Origin: an uncultured Thermoplasmata archaeon | GTDB lineage: Archaea; Thermoplasmatota; DTKX01; GCA-020343715 | Direction of reading: 5' to 3' | NCBI GenBank assembly: GCA_965369625.1 | Contig: CBDUQW010000004.1 | Coordinates: 5,391 to 69,390, forward strand | Length of the DNA: 64,000 nucleotides | In this document: positions 44,909 to 54,973 of the stretch, piece after piece | Layout: the number at the start of each line of letters is the position of its first letter | How positions within the stretch are numbered: position 1 is the first letter of the stretch | Translations under genes and position numbers: made by a program | The notes under the pieces: model-generated | Told to the model about the DNA's origin: nothing | What the model saw: only the letters and a program-made list of their open reading frames with translations | Database searches by the model: none

Positions 44909-45655
44909 ATGCTAGAGACCATCATTCAGGACCTGGGGGTGGACCTCAGGCAGGAGTTCGACCACGCCGCCAGGGACCTGGAGGCGACGGGGCTCTCGTC
45001 GTACGAGTCCAAGGCGTACGTGGGCCTGGTGGCCATGGGATTCGGGACCGCCGACGAGATCGCTAGCATGTCCCGGATACCGAGGACGTCGTCGTACAAG
45101 GTCCTCAAGTCCCTCGAGGAGAAGGGGTTCGTCCACTCGACCAAGGGTCGGCCGATAGTGTACCGTCCCGAGGACCCGTCCGTGGTCTACGGCCGCGTGA
45201 AGGAGCGGCTGGACGAGACCTTCGCGAAATTGGAGTTCCTGCACGAGGTGGTCCGGGAGAAGGGCTCTCCCCAGCTGATATTCACCATATCCGGCAAGGA
45301 CAGGGTGCTGGAGAAGATCGCGGAGCTGGTGGACTCCTCGGACGAGAGCTTCACCATATCCACTCCCGTCTATGCCGATGTCCGTGGTGCCATCCACGAC
45401 AGGATCAAGAAGGCCCTGGCCCGCGGCGTGGAGGTCACCACCATCGTGGAGCCCGGCGTCCGGGTGGAGTCAGGGGCCCGGGTGGTCAGGGCCGAGCGCC
45501 TGGCGGCCACCGACGTGGTCTCCGACGGCAATCTGGGCCTCATCGCCGCCCCTGACCTGGAGACCTGCGGGTTCTCGGCCAACCCCTTCCTGGCCCAGCA
45601 CCTGATGCGATTCCTGGAGATAGTCATCAAGGAATACGAGCGCGAGGCGGTCTGA
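44909..45655 (+). CDS. TrmB-family transcription regulator
   Basis: GLSSYESKAYVGL...IPRTSSYKVLKSLEEKGFV...GRPIVY wHTH plus a C-terminal domain. Confidence 0.9.
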   Translation: MLETIIQDLGVDLRQEFDHAARDLEATGLSSYESKAYVGLVAMGFGTADEIASMSRIPRTSSYKVLKSLEEKGFVHSTKGRPIVYRPEDPSVVYGRVKERLDETFAKLEFLHEVVREKGSPQLIFTISGKDRVLEKIAELVDSSDESFTISTPVYADVRGAIHDRIKKALARGVEVTTIVEPGVRVESGARVVRAERLAATDVVSDGNLGLIAAPDLETCGFSANPFLAQHLMRFLEIVIKEYEREAV

Positions 45656-45662
45656 GGCGACG

Positions 45663-47129
45663 TCACTGGCCTTCCAGGTCCTGCCACTTGTACACCGGGT
45701 TGCGGGCGCCGTACACCTCGTCCACCCTGCGGACGGGCGCCCGGTGGGGCGCGTCGTGGAGCACCTGGGGGTCGGTCTTGGCCTCCTCCGCGATGTTGAT
45801 GAGGGCGTCGGCGAAGGCGTCCAGGTCCCGCTTGGACTCCGTCTCGGTGGGCTCGATCATCAATGCCTCGTCCACGATCAGTGGGAAGTAGACGGTGGGC
45901 GGATGGAACCCGTGGTCGATGAGGCGCTTGGCAACGTCCAGCGTCCGCAGGCCCTTCTCCTTCATCGCGGAGCCCGACAGGACGAACTCGTGCTTGCGGA
46001 CCCTTCCGTAGGGCATGGGGTAGTGGTCCTCGAGACGGTGGACCAGGTAGTTGGCGTTGAGCACCGACAGCTCGGCGGCCTTCCTCAGCCCCTCGCCTCC
46101 CATGAGCAGGACGTAGGCGTACGCCCGGAGGAGCACCCCGGTGTTCCCGTAGAAGCTGCGCACCTTCCCGATGCTGTCGGGCCTCGCGTAGTCCAGGAAG
46201 TAGACGTCCTCCTCCCTGGCGACCATGGGCACCGGGAGGTACTTGGCAAGTTCCTCGCTGACGCCCACCGGGCCGGAGCCCGGTCCGCCGCCGCCGTGGG
46301 GCGTGGCGAAGGTCTTGTGGAGGTTGAAGTGGACGATGTCGTAGTTCATGTCCCCCGGTCGTACCCGTCCCATGATGGCGTTGAGGTTCGCCCCGTCGTA
46401 GTACAGCAGCGCGCCCTTGTCGTGGAGGATGCGGGCGATCTCCAGCACGTCGTGCTCGAAGAGGCCCAGGGTGTTGGGGTTGGTGAGCATGAAGGCGGCC
46501 GTCCGGTCGGACACCGCCTTCTCCAGGGCATCCAGGTCCACGGTGCCGTCCTTGGAGGGCACCTCCATGACCTCGTAGCCCGCCATCACCGCCGAGGCGG
46601 GGTTGGTGCCGTGGGATGTGTCAGGGAGGAGGACCTGGGTCCTCTTCTCCTCGACGTCGTCGAAGTGCGCCCTCACCAGGCGCATGCCCAGGAACTCCCC
46701 GTGGGCGCCGGCGGAGGGCTGCAGGGAGACCTCGGAGACGCCGCCGATCTCCGCCAGCATGAGCTGCAGCTCGTACATGATGCGGAGGATGCCCTGGGTG
46801 GCGGCCTCGGGCTGCCTCGGATGCAGACGGGTGATGCCCGGATGCGCTGCCAGGACCTCGGAGACCTTGGGGTTGTACTTCATCGTGCACGACCCCAGGG
46901 GGTACATGCCCACATCGACCCCGAAGGTCATCCGTGAGAGCAGTGTGTAGTGTCGGACCACCGAGGGCTCGCTGAGGGAGGGTATCGGTGGGGGTTCCAT
47001 TCGCCTCATGGACATGGGTAGGAAGTCCCAGTCGAAATCGGGCTCCTCCACGATGTGGCAGCAGTCCTGGTCCTCGTCCGCCTCGTTGAGGAGGGGTACC
47101 TGGTGACGGGGCGCCTGGTAGTCCATCAC
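45663..47129 (-). CDS. gcvPB: Glycine cleavage system P protein, subunit 2
   Basis: YPLGSCTMKYNP, QPSAGAHGE, NLHKTFATPHGGGGPG and IEPTETE. Confidence 0.96.
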   Translation of the reverse strand: MMDYQAPRHQVPLLNEADEDQDCCHIVEEPDFDWDFLPMSMRRMEPPPIPSLSEPSVVRHYTLLSRMTFGVDVGMYPLGSCTMKYNPKVSEVLAAHPGITRLHPRQPEAATQGILRIMYELQLMLAEIGGVSEVSLQPSAGAHGEFLGMRLVRAHFDDVEEKRTQVLLPDTSHGTNPASAVMAGYEVMEVPSKDGTVDLDALEKAVSDRTAAFMLTNPNTLGLFEHDVLEIARILHDKGALLYYDGANLNAIMGRVRPGDMNYDIVHFNLHKTFATPHGGGGPGSGPVGVSEELAKYLPVPMVAREEDVYFLDYARPDSIGKVRSFYGNTGVLLRAYAYVLLMGGEGLRKAAELSVLNANYLVHRLEDHYPMPYGRVRKHEFVLSGSAMKEKGLRTLDVAKRLIDHGFHPPTVYFPLIVDEALMIEPTETESKRDLDAFADALINIAEEAKTDPQVLHDAPHRAPVRRVDEVYGARNPVYKWQDLEGQ

Positions 47130-48502
47130 AGCTCACCCCCCGCGAACCAGTTGCTGGTGCCATCGTGGAACGCCTTGAGGGCCACGGCGAGGTCGTCCAG
47201 GTCGGCCTCGGTGTGGGTCTCGGTGGTGGCCATGAGGAAGGCCTCGCTCACGTCCGGGAAGTCCTTTCCCAGGTTCACGCCGAGGAATATATCCTCCATG
47301 AGCATGGCGGCCGTCAGCTCCCCCACCTCGTGCTCGGTCCCCACGCTGAACTCGTTGAAGAAGGACGACTCGAACAGGGGCGCCTTGAAGCCGTCGATGT
47401 GGTCGATGGCGTCGGCCAGGCTGTGGGCCCTGTTGGCGCTGGCCTGCGCCATGCGCACCAGCCCGCCGCTGCCGATGGTGGCCAGGTGGACCGCGAACGC
47501 CAGTGCGTTGAGGTTCTCGTTGGTGCATATGTTGGAGGTGGCCTTGCTCCTCCGTATGTGCTGCTCGCGGGTCTGCAGGGCCATGTGGAAGGCCCGGTTC
47601 CCGTCCGCGTCCTTGGTGAGGCCGATTATCCTCCCTGGCATCTGCCGGGCGATGGCCTTGCGGGTGGCGAAGAAGCCCAGGGTGGGCCCGCCATAGTTGA
47701 GGGGGTTGCCCAGGGGCTGTCCGTCCCCCACGACGATGTCGGCGCCGAAGTCGGCGGGAGGCCTGAGGATGCCCAGGGCCACCGGGTTCGTGCCCACGAT
47801 GAGGAGGGTCTTTCCCAGGTCGTCCTTCAGGTCCGAAAGGGCCTCTTCGATGCATCCGAAGTAGTTGGGGCTCTCCAGGTAGACCGCCGCGGTGTCCCCG
47901 TCCACTGCCTCGGCGAGCAGGTCCCGGTTTATCTGGCCGGTGTCGGGGTGGTAGTCCACGTCCACGATCTCGAATCCCGCTCCGTACAGGTAGTTCCAGA
48001 GCACCGAGCGCTTGTCCGGGTCCATGGCGACGGGGACCACGACCTTCTCCTTCCTGGTGACGCGGATGGCCATCAGGGCCGCCTCCGCGAGGCCGGTGGC
48101 GCCGTCGTACATCGAGATGTTGGACACGTCCATGCCGGTGAGGGCGCAGACCAGGCTCTGGTACTCGAACATGGCCTGCAGCATCCCCTGGGAGCTCTCG
48201 GGCTGGTACGGCGTGTAGGACGTGTAGAACTCCGCCCTGCCCGTGAGCGCTGGGACGGTGGCAGGGATGTAATGGTCGTACATGCCGCTCCCGAGGAACG
48301 ACAGGAAGTCCTGGGTGGTCACGTTGTCCGAGAGCAGCCCCTCGATCTCTGCCGCCACCTCCTGCTCGGGCAGGGCGGGTGGCAGGTCGAGGCTGTCGAT
48401 CCGGACGCTCTCTGGCACATCAGCGTAGAGGTCGTCGATGGAGTCGTATCCCATCTCCTCTAGCATCCTTTCAACCTTTGACTCGTTGGGCAGGAACTGC
48501 AT
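47126..48502 (-). CDS. gcvPA: Glycine cleavage system P protein, subunit 1
   Basis: EFYTSYTPYQPESSQG, SMYDGAT and LQTREQHIRRSKATSNICTN. Confidence 0.96.
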   Translation of the reverse strand: MQFLPNESKVERMLEEMGYDSIDDLYADVPESVRIDSLDLPPALPEQEVAAEIEGLLSDNVTTQDFLSFLGSGMYDHYIPATVPALTGRAEFYTSYTPYQPESSQGMLQAMFEYQSLVCALTGMDVSNISMYDGATGLAEAALMAIRVTRKEKVVVPVAMDPDKRSVLWNYLYGAGFEIVDVDYHPDTGQINRDLLAEAVDGDTAAVYLESPNYFGCIEEALSDLKDDLGKTLLIVGTNPVALGILRPPADFGADIVVGDGQPLGNPLNYGGPTLGFFATRKAIARQMPGRIIGLTKDADGNRAFHMALQTREQHIRRSKATSNICTNENLNALAFAVHLATIGSGGLVRMAQASANRAHSLADAIDHIDGFKAPLFESSFFNEFSVGTEHEVGELTAAMLMEDIFLGVNLGKDFPDVSEAFLMATTETHTEADLDDLAVALKAFHDGTSNWFAGGEL

Positions 48503-48583
48503 GGGGGTTCCCCCGGTGGTGTTCCGGGGAACCGCTCTTCCATCTCTAAAGGTTTTCCCAGCCCGGGAGCCTGGAAGGTACCG

Positions 48584-51500
48584 TCACCTGAGGGTGTTGT
48601 CGCAGAAGGGACACAGGATCCAGGCGGGGTCCACTTCCTCGCCACAGCTGGGGCAGGTGCCAGCTGCCGGCCCGGCCTCGGGGGCCTCCTCGGCGGGTGG
48701 TCCAGCCGGCTCGGGCTCCTCGGCGGGTGGTCCGGCCGGCTCGGGCTCCTCGGCGGGTGGTTCCGCTGGCTCGGGCACCTCGGCGGGCGGTTCCGCTGGC
48801 TCGGGCTCCTCGGCGGGTGGTTCCGCTGGCTCGGGCTCCTCGGCAGGTGGTTCCGCTGGCTCGGGCTCCTCGGCGGGTTCCTCGTCAACCTCAACTGAGA
48901 GCTCGTCGGGGGGTTCCTCTCGCACCTCGTCCTCGTCCGATGGGGCCGTGGGACGCCGACCTACGAGGATGATCATGATGACCAGGACCAGTATGGCGAG
49001 CCCGATGACGGCTCCGATGACCACGTAGTTGGCACCCTCCGCTGGCGGTTCCACGTACACCTGCTTGGTACCCACGTTGTCGTTCTCGTTGGTCTCCTCG
49101 ACCATGTTGTTCCGGTCGATGTAGACCATGAGCGGCATGCCGTTCTCGAAGGTCCAATCGGCCTGGTAGGTGATGTTGGCGCCCACGTCCAGCTCGGTTA
49201 TCTGCCAGTTCCCTATCGGTAGACCTCCCTGGGTGGGATCCCCGTGGAACATCTCGACCACGGCGGGGGTGAACAACGGGGCGTCGCCCATGTTGACCAC
49301 CCGTACGTGGACGGTGGCGGTGTCGTCCTCGTCGAGACGGTCCACCGTCTTGACGCCCTGGGTGACCCATAGGTCCATCAGGAGCAGGTTGGGCAGCGCA
49401 TCCCCATCGATGTGGATCTCGCTGGACAGTTGGTTGTTCGCGTCGGAGGATTCCTCGATCTCGTTGATCGGGTCCACCACCGCGATCATGGTGTGGGTGC
49501 CGCCATCTACCTTGTTCGGGACGGGGGTCCATGTGATGGACTTCGTCGACTCCTCACCGATGCCCAGGGTCGACGTGGCCATGTTGGCGAGGCGCTTGCC
49601 CTCGTCGACCTCGTCGAGATAGATGTGCAACTGGGCCACCTGGAAGCTGACGTCGGTGCCCACGTTGGTGACGGTCACCTCGATCGTTATCGTGGTGCCA
49701 TAGGTGATGCTGGAGACGGGAGCCCCCGCCTGGTCGGTGATGTCGATGGTGATGACCGTCAGGTCAGGTAGCGAGGCCCCCACCCTGAGGGGGCGGAGAT
49801 CGTAGTTGTTGAACTCGTCGACCTCGTGTTCGACCCCGGTCGCATCGACGACCACGAAGAGGACGGGCACGTCGCTCTTCTGCTTGGGCTTCTCGGCGAT
49901 CCAGATGATCGAATCCGTGTGGACCTCGTCGGGGTTGAGGCCCTCCGGGACCTCGAAGGACCCCAGGAGCTTGCCGCTCAGGAGCGGGTTGCCGTGGTAC
50001 AGTTCGGCCATCGTCACGCTCTTGGTCTTCGCGTTGCCCCGGTTGATGACGCTCACGTTCACCTCCACGTGCGCCCCGGAATTGGTGCCCTCCTGGAGGT
50101 CCAGCTCCTCGCCGTTCAGGAGGAGCTGCATGGAACCGACGGCAAGGTCGGGCAGCGGTCTCCTGGAGACGGTCAGGCCCTTGCCCAGCTGGTTGTTGTC
50201 CTCGTCGGACTCGTAGATCATGTTGTCGGGGTCGACGAAGATGGTGATGGCGTGGGTCCCCAGCTCCGCCCTCCAGTCGAACTCGACCTGGAGGGTCTCG
50301 TCGGGGTCCAGGCTGGCTATCATGAACTGGCGGCCCACCTGGACGCCGCCGGCGTCGGGGTCGCCCCTGTACACGCCCACCTCGATGGCGCCCTCGTAGG
50401 GGTCGTTGCCGTCGTTCCCTATGATGGCCAGGGTGTGAACGTTGTCTCTCTCGGAAGCCTGGGTCGTGACCTGGCCGTCCAGTATGAAGTGGAGGTCCTC
50501 AACGAAGAGGTCCACACCGGGATCGTCGGTCACGTCGAGGCGCGCCGAGGTCACGTTGTTGGCGTCGTTGAAGTCCAGGGGGGTCGATGGGTCCTGGGGC
50601 ATCACGATCATGGTTATGTCATGCACGCCCTCGAGGGGCCTCCACGGGATGCGGATGGTGCGCTCGCCCCCGGCCTCGAGCCCTCCCAGGCGCGGTTGCA
50701 CGTCACCGATGGGGTCCGTCCCTGGGGTGAACGGACCGTCGTACGCGCGCACCACCATCGGGATGGTCACCATCGAGGTGCCCACGTTGGCGATGGTGGC
50801 GACTATCTCTATCAGGTCGCCCACGCCCGCGCCGTGGATCGGGGTCCCATCGGCCTCGAAGCGCATGTCGGTCAGGACCATGTCGCCTGCGGAGTTGTCG
50901 TCCACGTTCACTTCGATCGTTCGCTCGTTGTTCACCTCGCTCTCCTCGGGCACGTGGTTGGCCTCGTCCACGTAGATCCGCACAACGTAGTGTCCTGGCA
51001 CGGCGATCCAGTGCATCGTCACGATCTTCGACATGCCCATGGACAGTCCGTCGAGGACGACCACCCGTCCGATCTCGTCGCCGCCACCCAAGGGGTGGTC
51101 GGTGTAGGCGGAGACGACGAAGGCATCCACGCTGGCCCTGCCCTCGTTGATGATCGTCATGTTGAACTCGAGGACGTCCCCCGCCACGGCTGCTGCCACG
51201 GGATAGCCGTCCAGGAGCACCCTCACGTTGCCCAGCTTCAGGTCGGGCAGCTGCTGGTCCGGTTTGCCACCAACCTCGATGTCCTTGATCTTCCAGCCGT
51301 CCCCCTCGACGCCGTCCGGGGAGGACCTGAAGTAGAAGCCGATGCGGATGCGTTGACCGGCGTAATCGTCGAGGCGGACGGTGACCGACGCCCAAGTGGT
51401 CATGGTGCCGGACCAGCCGGTGACCTCTGGATACAGGAACTCGGGTTCCACCAGCTCCCAGTCCTTGTCCCGGTCGGTGATGACGAAGACCATGGCCCCA

Positions 51501-51952
51501 TCGCCCGGGGAGGGGATGTCGTACATGTGCTCGAACTCGAGCCTCGGCATGGTGACGTTGTGAAGGTCGATCCACGTGGTCTCGATCATCGCGATCTCGT
51601 CGGGATAGTAGATCCCGTCGTTCCCGTTGTCGTCCAGCGGGTCCCCGAATGGGATTTCGGTTCCATAGGGGCTCTCGGTGAGGTAGATCTCGTCATCCTT
51701 GGTGTAGAAACCTCCCGAGGGATTGACGGCGATGTTGTCGGTGGACCAGGAGCCCTCCCAGTAGAGCCACTTGGACCGATCGATGACCCCCGCCTCGAAA
51801 TCATCCTGGAAAATCGTCAGGTATCCCGTGGGTAGCCTGTGCTCGCCGCCATCCGAGGGTTCGGCCATCGCCAGGGGTCCGGCGAGTGCGCACTGGAGGA
51901 GAAGCGTGGCGACAAGCAGGAGGGCCGTACGACCGGTACTCGATTTATTCAT
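48584..51952 (-). CDS. Cell-surface CARDB-repeat protein with C-terminal TM, acidic repeat linker and zinc ribbon
   Basis: Signal peptide from ATG 51952; N-terminal beta-sandwich (DDFE...GWKIKDI); about 6 PDL...N.G...E.DE.NN modules; TM; CPSC...CPFC. Confidence 0.88.
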   Translation of the reverse strand: MNKSSTGRTALLLVATLLLQCALAGPLAMAEPSDGGEHRLPTGYLTIFQDDFEAGVIDRSKWLYWEGSWSTDNIAVNPSGGFYTKDDEIYLTESPYGTEIPFGDPLDDNGNDGIYYPDEIAMIETTWIDLHNVTMPRLEFEHMYDIPSPGDGAMVFVITDRDKDWELVEPEFLYPEVTGWSGTMTTWASVTVRLDDYAGQRIRIGFYFRSSPDGVEGDGWKIKDIEVGGKPDQQLPDLKLGNVRVLLDGYPVAAAVAGDVLEFNMTIINEGRASVDAFVVSAYTDHPLGGGDEIGRVVVLDGLSMGMSKIVTMHWIAVPGHYVVRIYVDEANHVPEESEVNNERTIEVNVDDNSAGDMVLTDMRFEADGTPIHGAGVGDLIEIVATIANVGTSMVTIPMVVRAYDGPFTPGTDPIGDVQPRLGGLEAGGERTIRIPWRPLEGVHDITMIVMPQDPSTPLDFNDANNVTSARLDVTDDPGVDLFVEDLHFILDGQVTTQASERDNVHTLAIIGNDGNDPYEGAIEVGVYRGDPDAGGVQVGRQFMIASLDPDETLQVEFDWRAELGTHAITIFVDPDNMIYESDEDNNQLGKGLTVSRRPLPDLAVGSMQLLLNGEELDLQEGTNSGAHVEVNVSVINRGNAKTKSVTMAELYHGNPLLSGKLLGSFEVPEGLNPDEVHTDSIIWIAEKPKQKSDVPVLFVVVDATGVEHEVDEFNNYDLRPLRVGASLPDLTVITIDITDQAGAPVSSITYGTTITIEVTVTNVGTDVSFQVAQLHIYLDEVDEGKRLANMATSTLGIGEESTKSITWTPVPNKVDGGTHTMIAVVDPINEIEESSDANNQLSSEIHIDGDALPNLLLMDLWVTQGVKTVDRLDEDDTATVHVRVVNMGDAPLFTPAVVEMFHGDPTQGGLPIGNWQITELDVGANITYQADWTFENGMPLMVYIDRNNMVEETNENDNVGTKQVYVEPPAEGANYVVIGAVIGLAILVLVIMIILVGRRPTAPSDEDEVREEPPDELSVEVDEEPAEEPEPAEPPAEEPEPAEPPAEEPEPAEPPAEVPEPAEPPAEEPEPAGPPAEEPEPAGPPAEEAPEAGPAAGTCPSCGEEVDPAWILCPFCDNTLR
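48691..48870. repeat. 30-bp coding tandem repeat x6 (EEPEPAEPPA)
   Basis: cggcgggtggttccgctggctcgggctcct units. Confidence 0.93.
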
Positions 51953-52082
51953 GACACTCCTCCACGTGTGGGTCTGCAAACATGGTGTTGCTATATAACT
52001 GTTTTTCGATGGTTGGCACCGAGGGGACCCACTTCGAGGGGTGTCGTCAATGCCAAATACCCCGGGGCCCTTACGAGGTGCG

Positions 52083-53687
52083 ATGGACATCTCCGATGAG
52101 CTGGCCATGGCCATAGAGGAGGGGCGGATCACCTCCAGGGAGGACCTGGAGAGGCTCAAGCGTGAGCTGGCGGCCAGGGAGAGGCTGGACCGGGTGCCCA
52201 CCGACGCGGAGGTCCTCGCCAGGCTGGGGGACCGGGTCGACCCTGCCGCGCTGGCCCTCCTGAGGACGAAGCCCTCTCGGACCCTCTCCGGCGTGGCCGT
52301 GGTCGCCGTGATGACCCCTCCGGCCCCGTGCCCCCACGGGACGTGCATGTACTGTCCAGGGGGCGTGGATGCGGGTACACCGCAGAGCTATACAGGCAAG
52401 GAGCCCGCCGCCCGACGTGCAATCCAGGCGGGATTCGACGGCGGGCGCCAGACATCGGGCAGGCTGGCGCAGCTGGCCGAGGTCGGCCACCCCACGGAGA
52501 AGGTCGAGCTGGTGGTCATGGGGGGGACCTTCCCCGCCCTCGCCCCCGAGGACCGTGCGACCTTCGTCAAGGGTTGCGTGGACGCGATGAACGGGGGCCC
52601 CGCAAAGGACCTTGCAGGTGCCATTGACGCGAACGCGGAGGGTCCCCACAGGTGCGTGGCCCTCACCATCGAGACCCGGCCGGACCTGTGCGACCGGGCG
52701 GGCGTCGACGACCTTCTGGACCTGGGGACCACCCGGGTGGAGATCGGCGTCCAGGTGACGGAGGACCGTCCCCTGGAGCTGGTGGGCCGGGGCCACGGTG
52801 TCGCCGAGAGCGTGGATGCCACGAGGCACCTCAAGGATGCTGGCCTCAAGGTGGGCTACCACCTGATGCTGGGCCTTCCATCCATGTCCCCCGAGGACGA
52901 CCTTCGCGCTCTGATGAGGGTGATAGAGGACCCGGACTTCCGACCCGACCTCCTCAAGCTCTACCCGACGCTGGTGATGCCTGGCACCGGGCTCCATGGG
53001 TTGTGGGAGGAGGGGGGCTACGAGCCCCTGGACGAGAAGGGTGCGGTGGACATCCTGGCCCCCTTCAAGGCGTCACTGCCCCCCTGGGTGAGGGTGTCCC
53101 GTGTGGAACGTGACATCCCGTCGGACCTCATAGCCGCCGGTGTGCGGGCCAGCAACCTGCGTCAGCTGGTGGCGCTGCGCCTCTCGGAGGAGGGGAGGCG
53201 TTGCCGCTGCATCAGGTGCCGGGAGGTGGGAAGGCGCGGGACCGATCGCCCCGGCGGTGGCGGGGACCGGTGGGGCGCCCCGGAGCCCTCCAGGCTCGAA
53301 TTGAGGGAGGAGCTCTACTCGGCCTCGGGCGGAGAGGAGGCGTTCCTGAGCCTGGAGCTTGCGGACCTGGACGCCATCGTGGCCTACGCAAGGGTCCGTA
53401 GACCCTCGACGGACCTCTGGAGGGACGAGCTGGCCGGGGCGTGCATTCTCAGGGAGGTCAGGGTCCTGGGCGTGGCCCTCCCGCTGGGCGCCGAACCCTC
53501 CGAGGGGGGTGGACTGGAGTGGCAGCACAGGGGGTTGGGGGAGAGACTGGTCAGGGAGGCCGAGGAGAGGGCCCGGTCATGGGGTATGGACCGGCTCGCC
53601 ATAACGGCCGGGATGGGGACCAGGGGCTACTTCGCACGCCTTGGGTATCGCAGGGCGGGGCCCTACATGGTCCGTGGCCTGGGCTGA
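52083..53687 (+). CDS. elp3: Elp3 tRNA uridine(34) carboxymethylation enzyme (radical SAM + GNAT)
   Basis: KPSRTLSGVA, CPHGTCMYCPGG, QSYTGKEP, ETRPD, CIRCRE and QHRGLG. Confidence 0.94.
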   Translation: MDISDELAMAIEEGRITSREDLERLKRELAARERLDRVPTDAEVLARLGDRVDPAALALLRTKPSRTLSGVAVVAVMTPPAPCPHGTCMYCPGGVDAGTPQSYTGKEPAARRAIQAGFDGGRQTSGRLAQLAEVGHPTEKVELVVMGGTFPALAPEDRATFVKGCVDAMNGGPAKDLAGAIDANAEGPHRCVALTIETRPDLCDRAGVDDLLDLGTTRVEIGVQVTEDRPLELVGRGHGVAESVDATRHLKDAGLKVGYHLMLGLPSMSPEDDLRALMRVIEDPDFRPDLLKLYPTLVMPGTGLHGLWEEGGYEPLDEKGAVDILAPFKASLPPWVRVSRVERDIPSDLIAAGVRASNLRQLVALRLSEEGRRCRCIRCREVGRRGTDRPGGGGDRWGAPEPSRLELREELYSASGGEEAFLSLELADLDAIVAYARVRRPSTDLWRDELAGACILREVRVLGVALPLGAEPSEGGGLEWQHRGLGERLVREAEERARSWGMDRLAITAGMGTRGYFARLGYRRAGPYMVRGLG

Positions 53688-53732
53688 TGTGATGCTTGCA
53701 TCGTGGTCGGACCGCGTCCATGGTGACGGCGG

Positions 53733-54476
53733 TCAGAACAGCTCACCGATGACCTTGATGCCGTCGGGCCCGGTGTCGATCAGGAAGGGCTTCATCTCGT
53801 GACGGGTGGCCCTCATCTTGCGCACCATGAGGTAGCGCTTGATCTCGTTGCCCAGCTTGTCGGTCCCCAACTCGATGATGCCGTCGACGAGGAAGTACTC
53901 GGGCCGGTCGTCCACCATCTGGGTCTCCAGGACGATGAAGGTGGTGACGCCCTTGCTACGGAGCTTGAAGAAGAACTCCTGCAGCTTCTTCCTGATGACG
54001 GGCCCGTCGATCCCGAGGAGGGACAGCAGCGCGTTCATCGAGTCGATGACGATGTACTTGGGGGTTTTCTCCGCCTCCGAGGCATCGGATTCGGAGTGGG
54101 GCTCGTACACCGAGAGGGGGGCCGTCGCCCGCTCCAGGATGAGGTTCAGGTAGTCCTCCTCCTTGAACAGGGAGGAGTCCCACACCTCCAGGTCGGCCTT
54201 GAAGGAGGCCACGTCCACTATCTGGATCTTGGGGGTGGTGGGTATGCCCATGCTCCTGACGTTGTTGAGGTGGCCCTCCTTGGACTCCTCGAAGGTGATG
54301 TAGATCGCCCGGTCATCCTCGTGTCTGTCCAGGTACCTCTGGAGCAGGTTGTACAGGAAGCTCGACTTCAGGGTGCCCGCGCCTCCGACCACAAGTATGA
54401 TCGAGCCCTGGGGCGGCTCGGTATGGAACACAAGGTCCAGTCCCTCGATGCTGTCTAGGAATACCACTTCAGGCAC
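53733..54476 (-). CDS. Single-domain KaiC/RAD55-family RecA-superfamily ATPase
   Basis: GGAGTLKS (Walker A variant), YITFEES, IVIDS, YFLVDGIIEL and RKMRATRH. Confidence 0.88.
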   Translation of the reverse strand: MPEVVFLDSIEGLDLVFHTEPPQGSIILVVGGAGTLKSSFLYNLLQRYLDRHEDDRAIYITFEESKEGHLNNVRSMGIPTTPKIQIVDVASFKADLEVWDSSLFKEEDYLNLILERATAPLSVYEPHSESDASEAEKTPKYIVIDSMNALLSLLGIDGPVIRKKLQEFFFKLRSKGVTTFIVLETQMVDDRPEYFLVDGIIELGTDKLGNEIKRYLMVRKMRATRHEMKPFLIDTGPDGIKVIGELF

Positions 54477-54897
54477 CTCCCTCTGAGCTGAGCTTGATGA
54501 GATTATCCCGCATGATGGCGATCTGCCTCTCGTCGGCCATGTACTGGACCGAGTTGAGGATGTCGTCGATGAGCTCCCGGGTCAGCTGGCGGCGGTTCAG
54601 CGTCTCCAGGAAGGTCCCGTGCTTGACGCATTTCTGGGACAGCATCCTTACGGCGACGTCGTGGGGTATGACCCTCTCCATCTCCTGGACCACCCTCTGG
54701 GCCAGGGGGTTGCTGTTGACATCCCTCGAGGAGGCCTGGGTCCCGTTGACGCCCTGGGCCTCGCGGGCCAGCTTCTCCTGGAGGGCCTCGGTCACGATCT
54801 CCCTGATGGTCCTGTCGGTATCCAGAGCATATTGCTTCAGCCGCCTGAAGAGGGCCAGGTCCAGATCGATGGTGGTCTTCTTGACAGCACGTCCCAT
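54469..54897 (-). CDS. Ribbon-helix-helix DNA-binding protein with a C-terminal helical domain
   Basis: KKTTIDLDLALFRRLKQYALDTDRTIREIVTEAL RHH pattern; ATG 54897; overlaps the KaiC start. Confidence 0.8.
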   Translation of the reverse strand: MGRAVKKTTIDLDLALFRRLKQYALDTDRTIREIVTEALQEKLAREAQGVNGTQASSRDVNSNPLAQRVVQEMERVIPHDVAVRMLSQKCVKHGTFLETLNRRQLTRELIDDILNSVQYMADERQIAIMRDNLIKLSSEGGA

Positions 54898-54973
54898 GGG
54901 AATCGACGATATGATTACCGCCCAGATATAAATAAATATTGGCATGGCCCTTATTCCTGGTAATCTGTGAAAA

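Noticed and set aside
48691..48870. Possible CRISPR array (30-bp repeats)
   Set aside because: Head-to-tail coding repeats with no spacers.
53733..54476. Circadian clock KaiC
   Set aside because: Single domain with no kaiA/kaiB; belongs to the broad archaeal KaiC/RAD55-like group.
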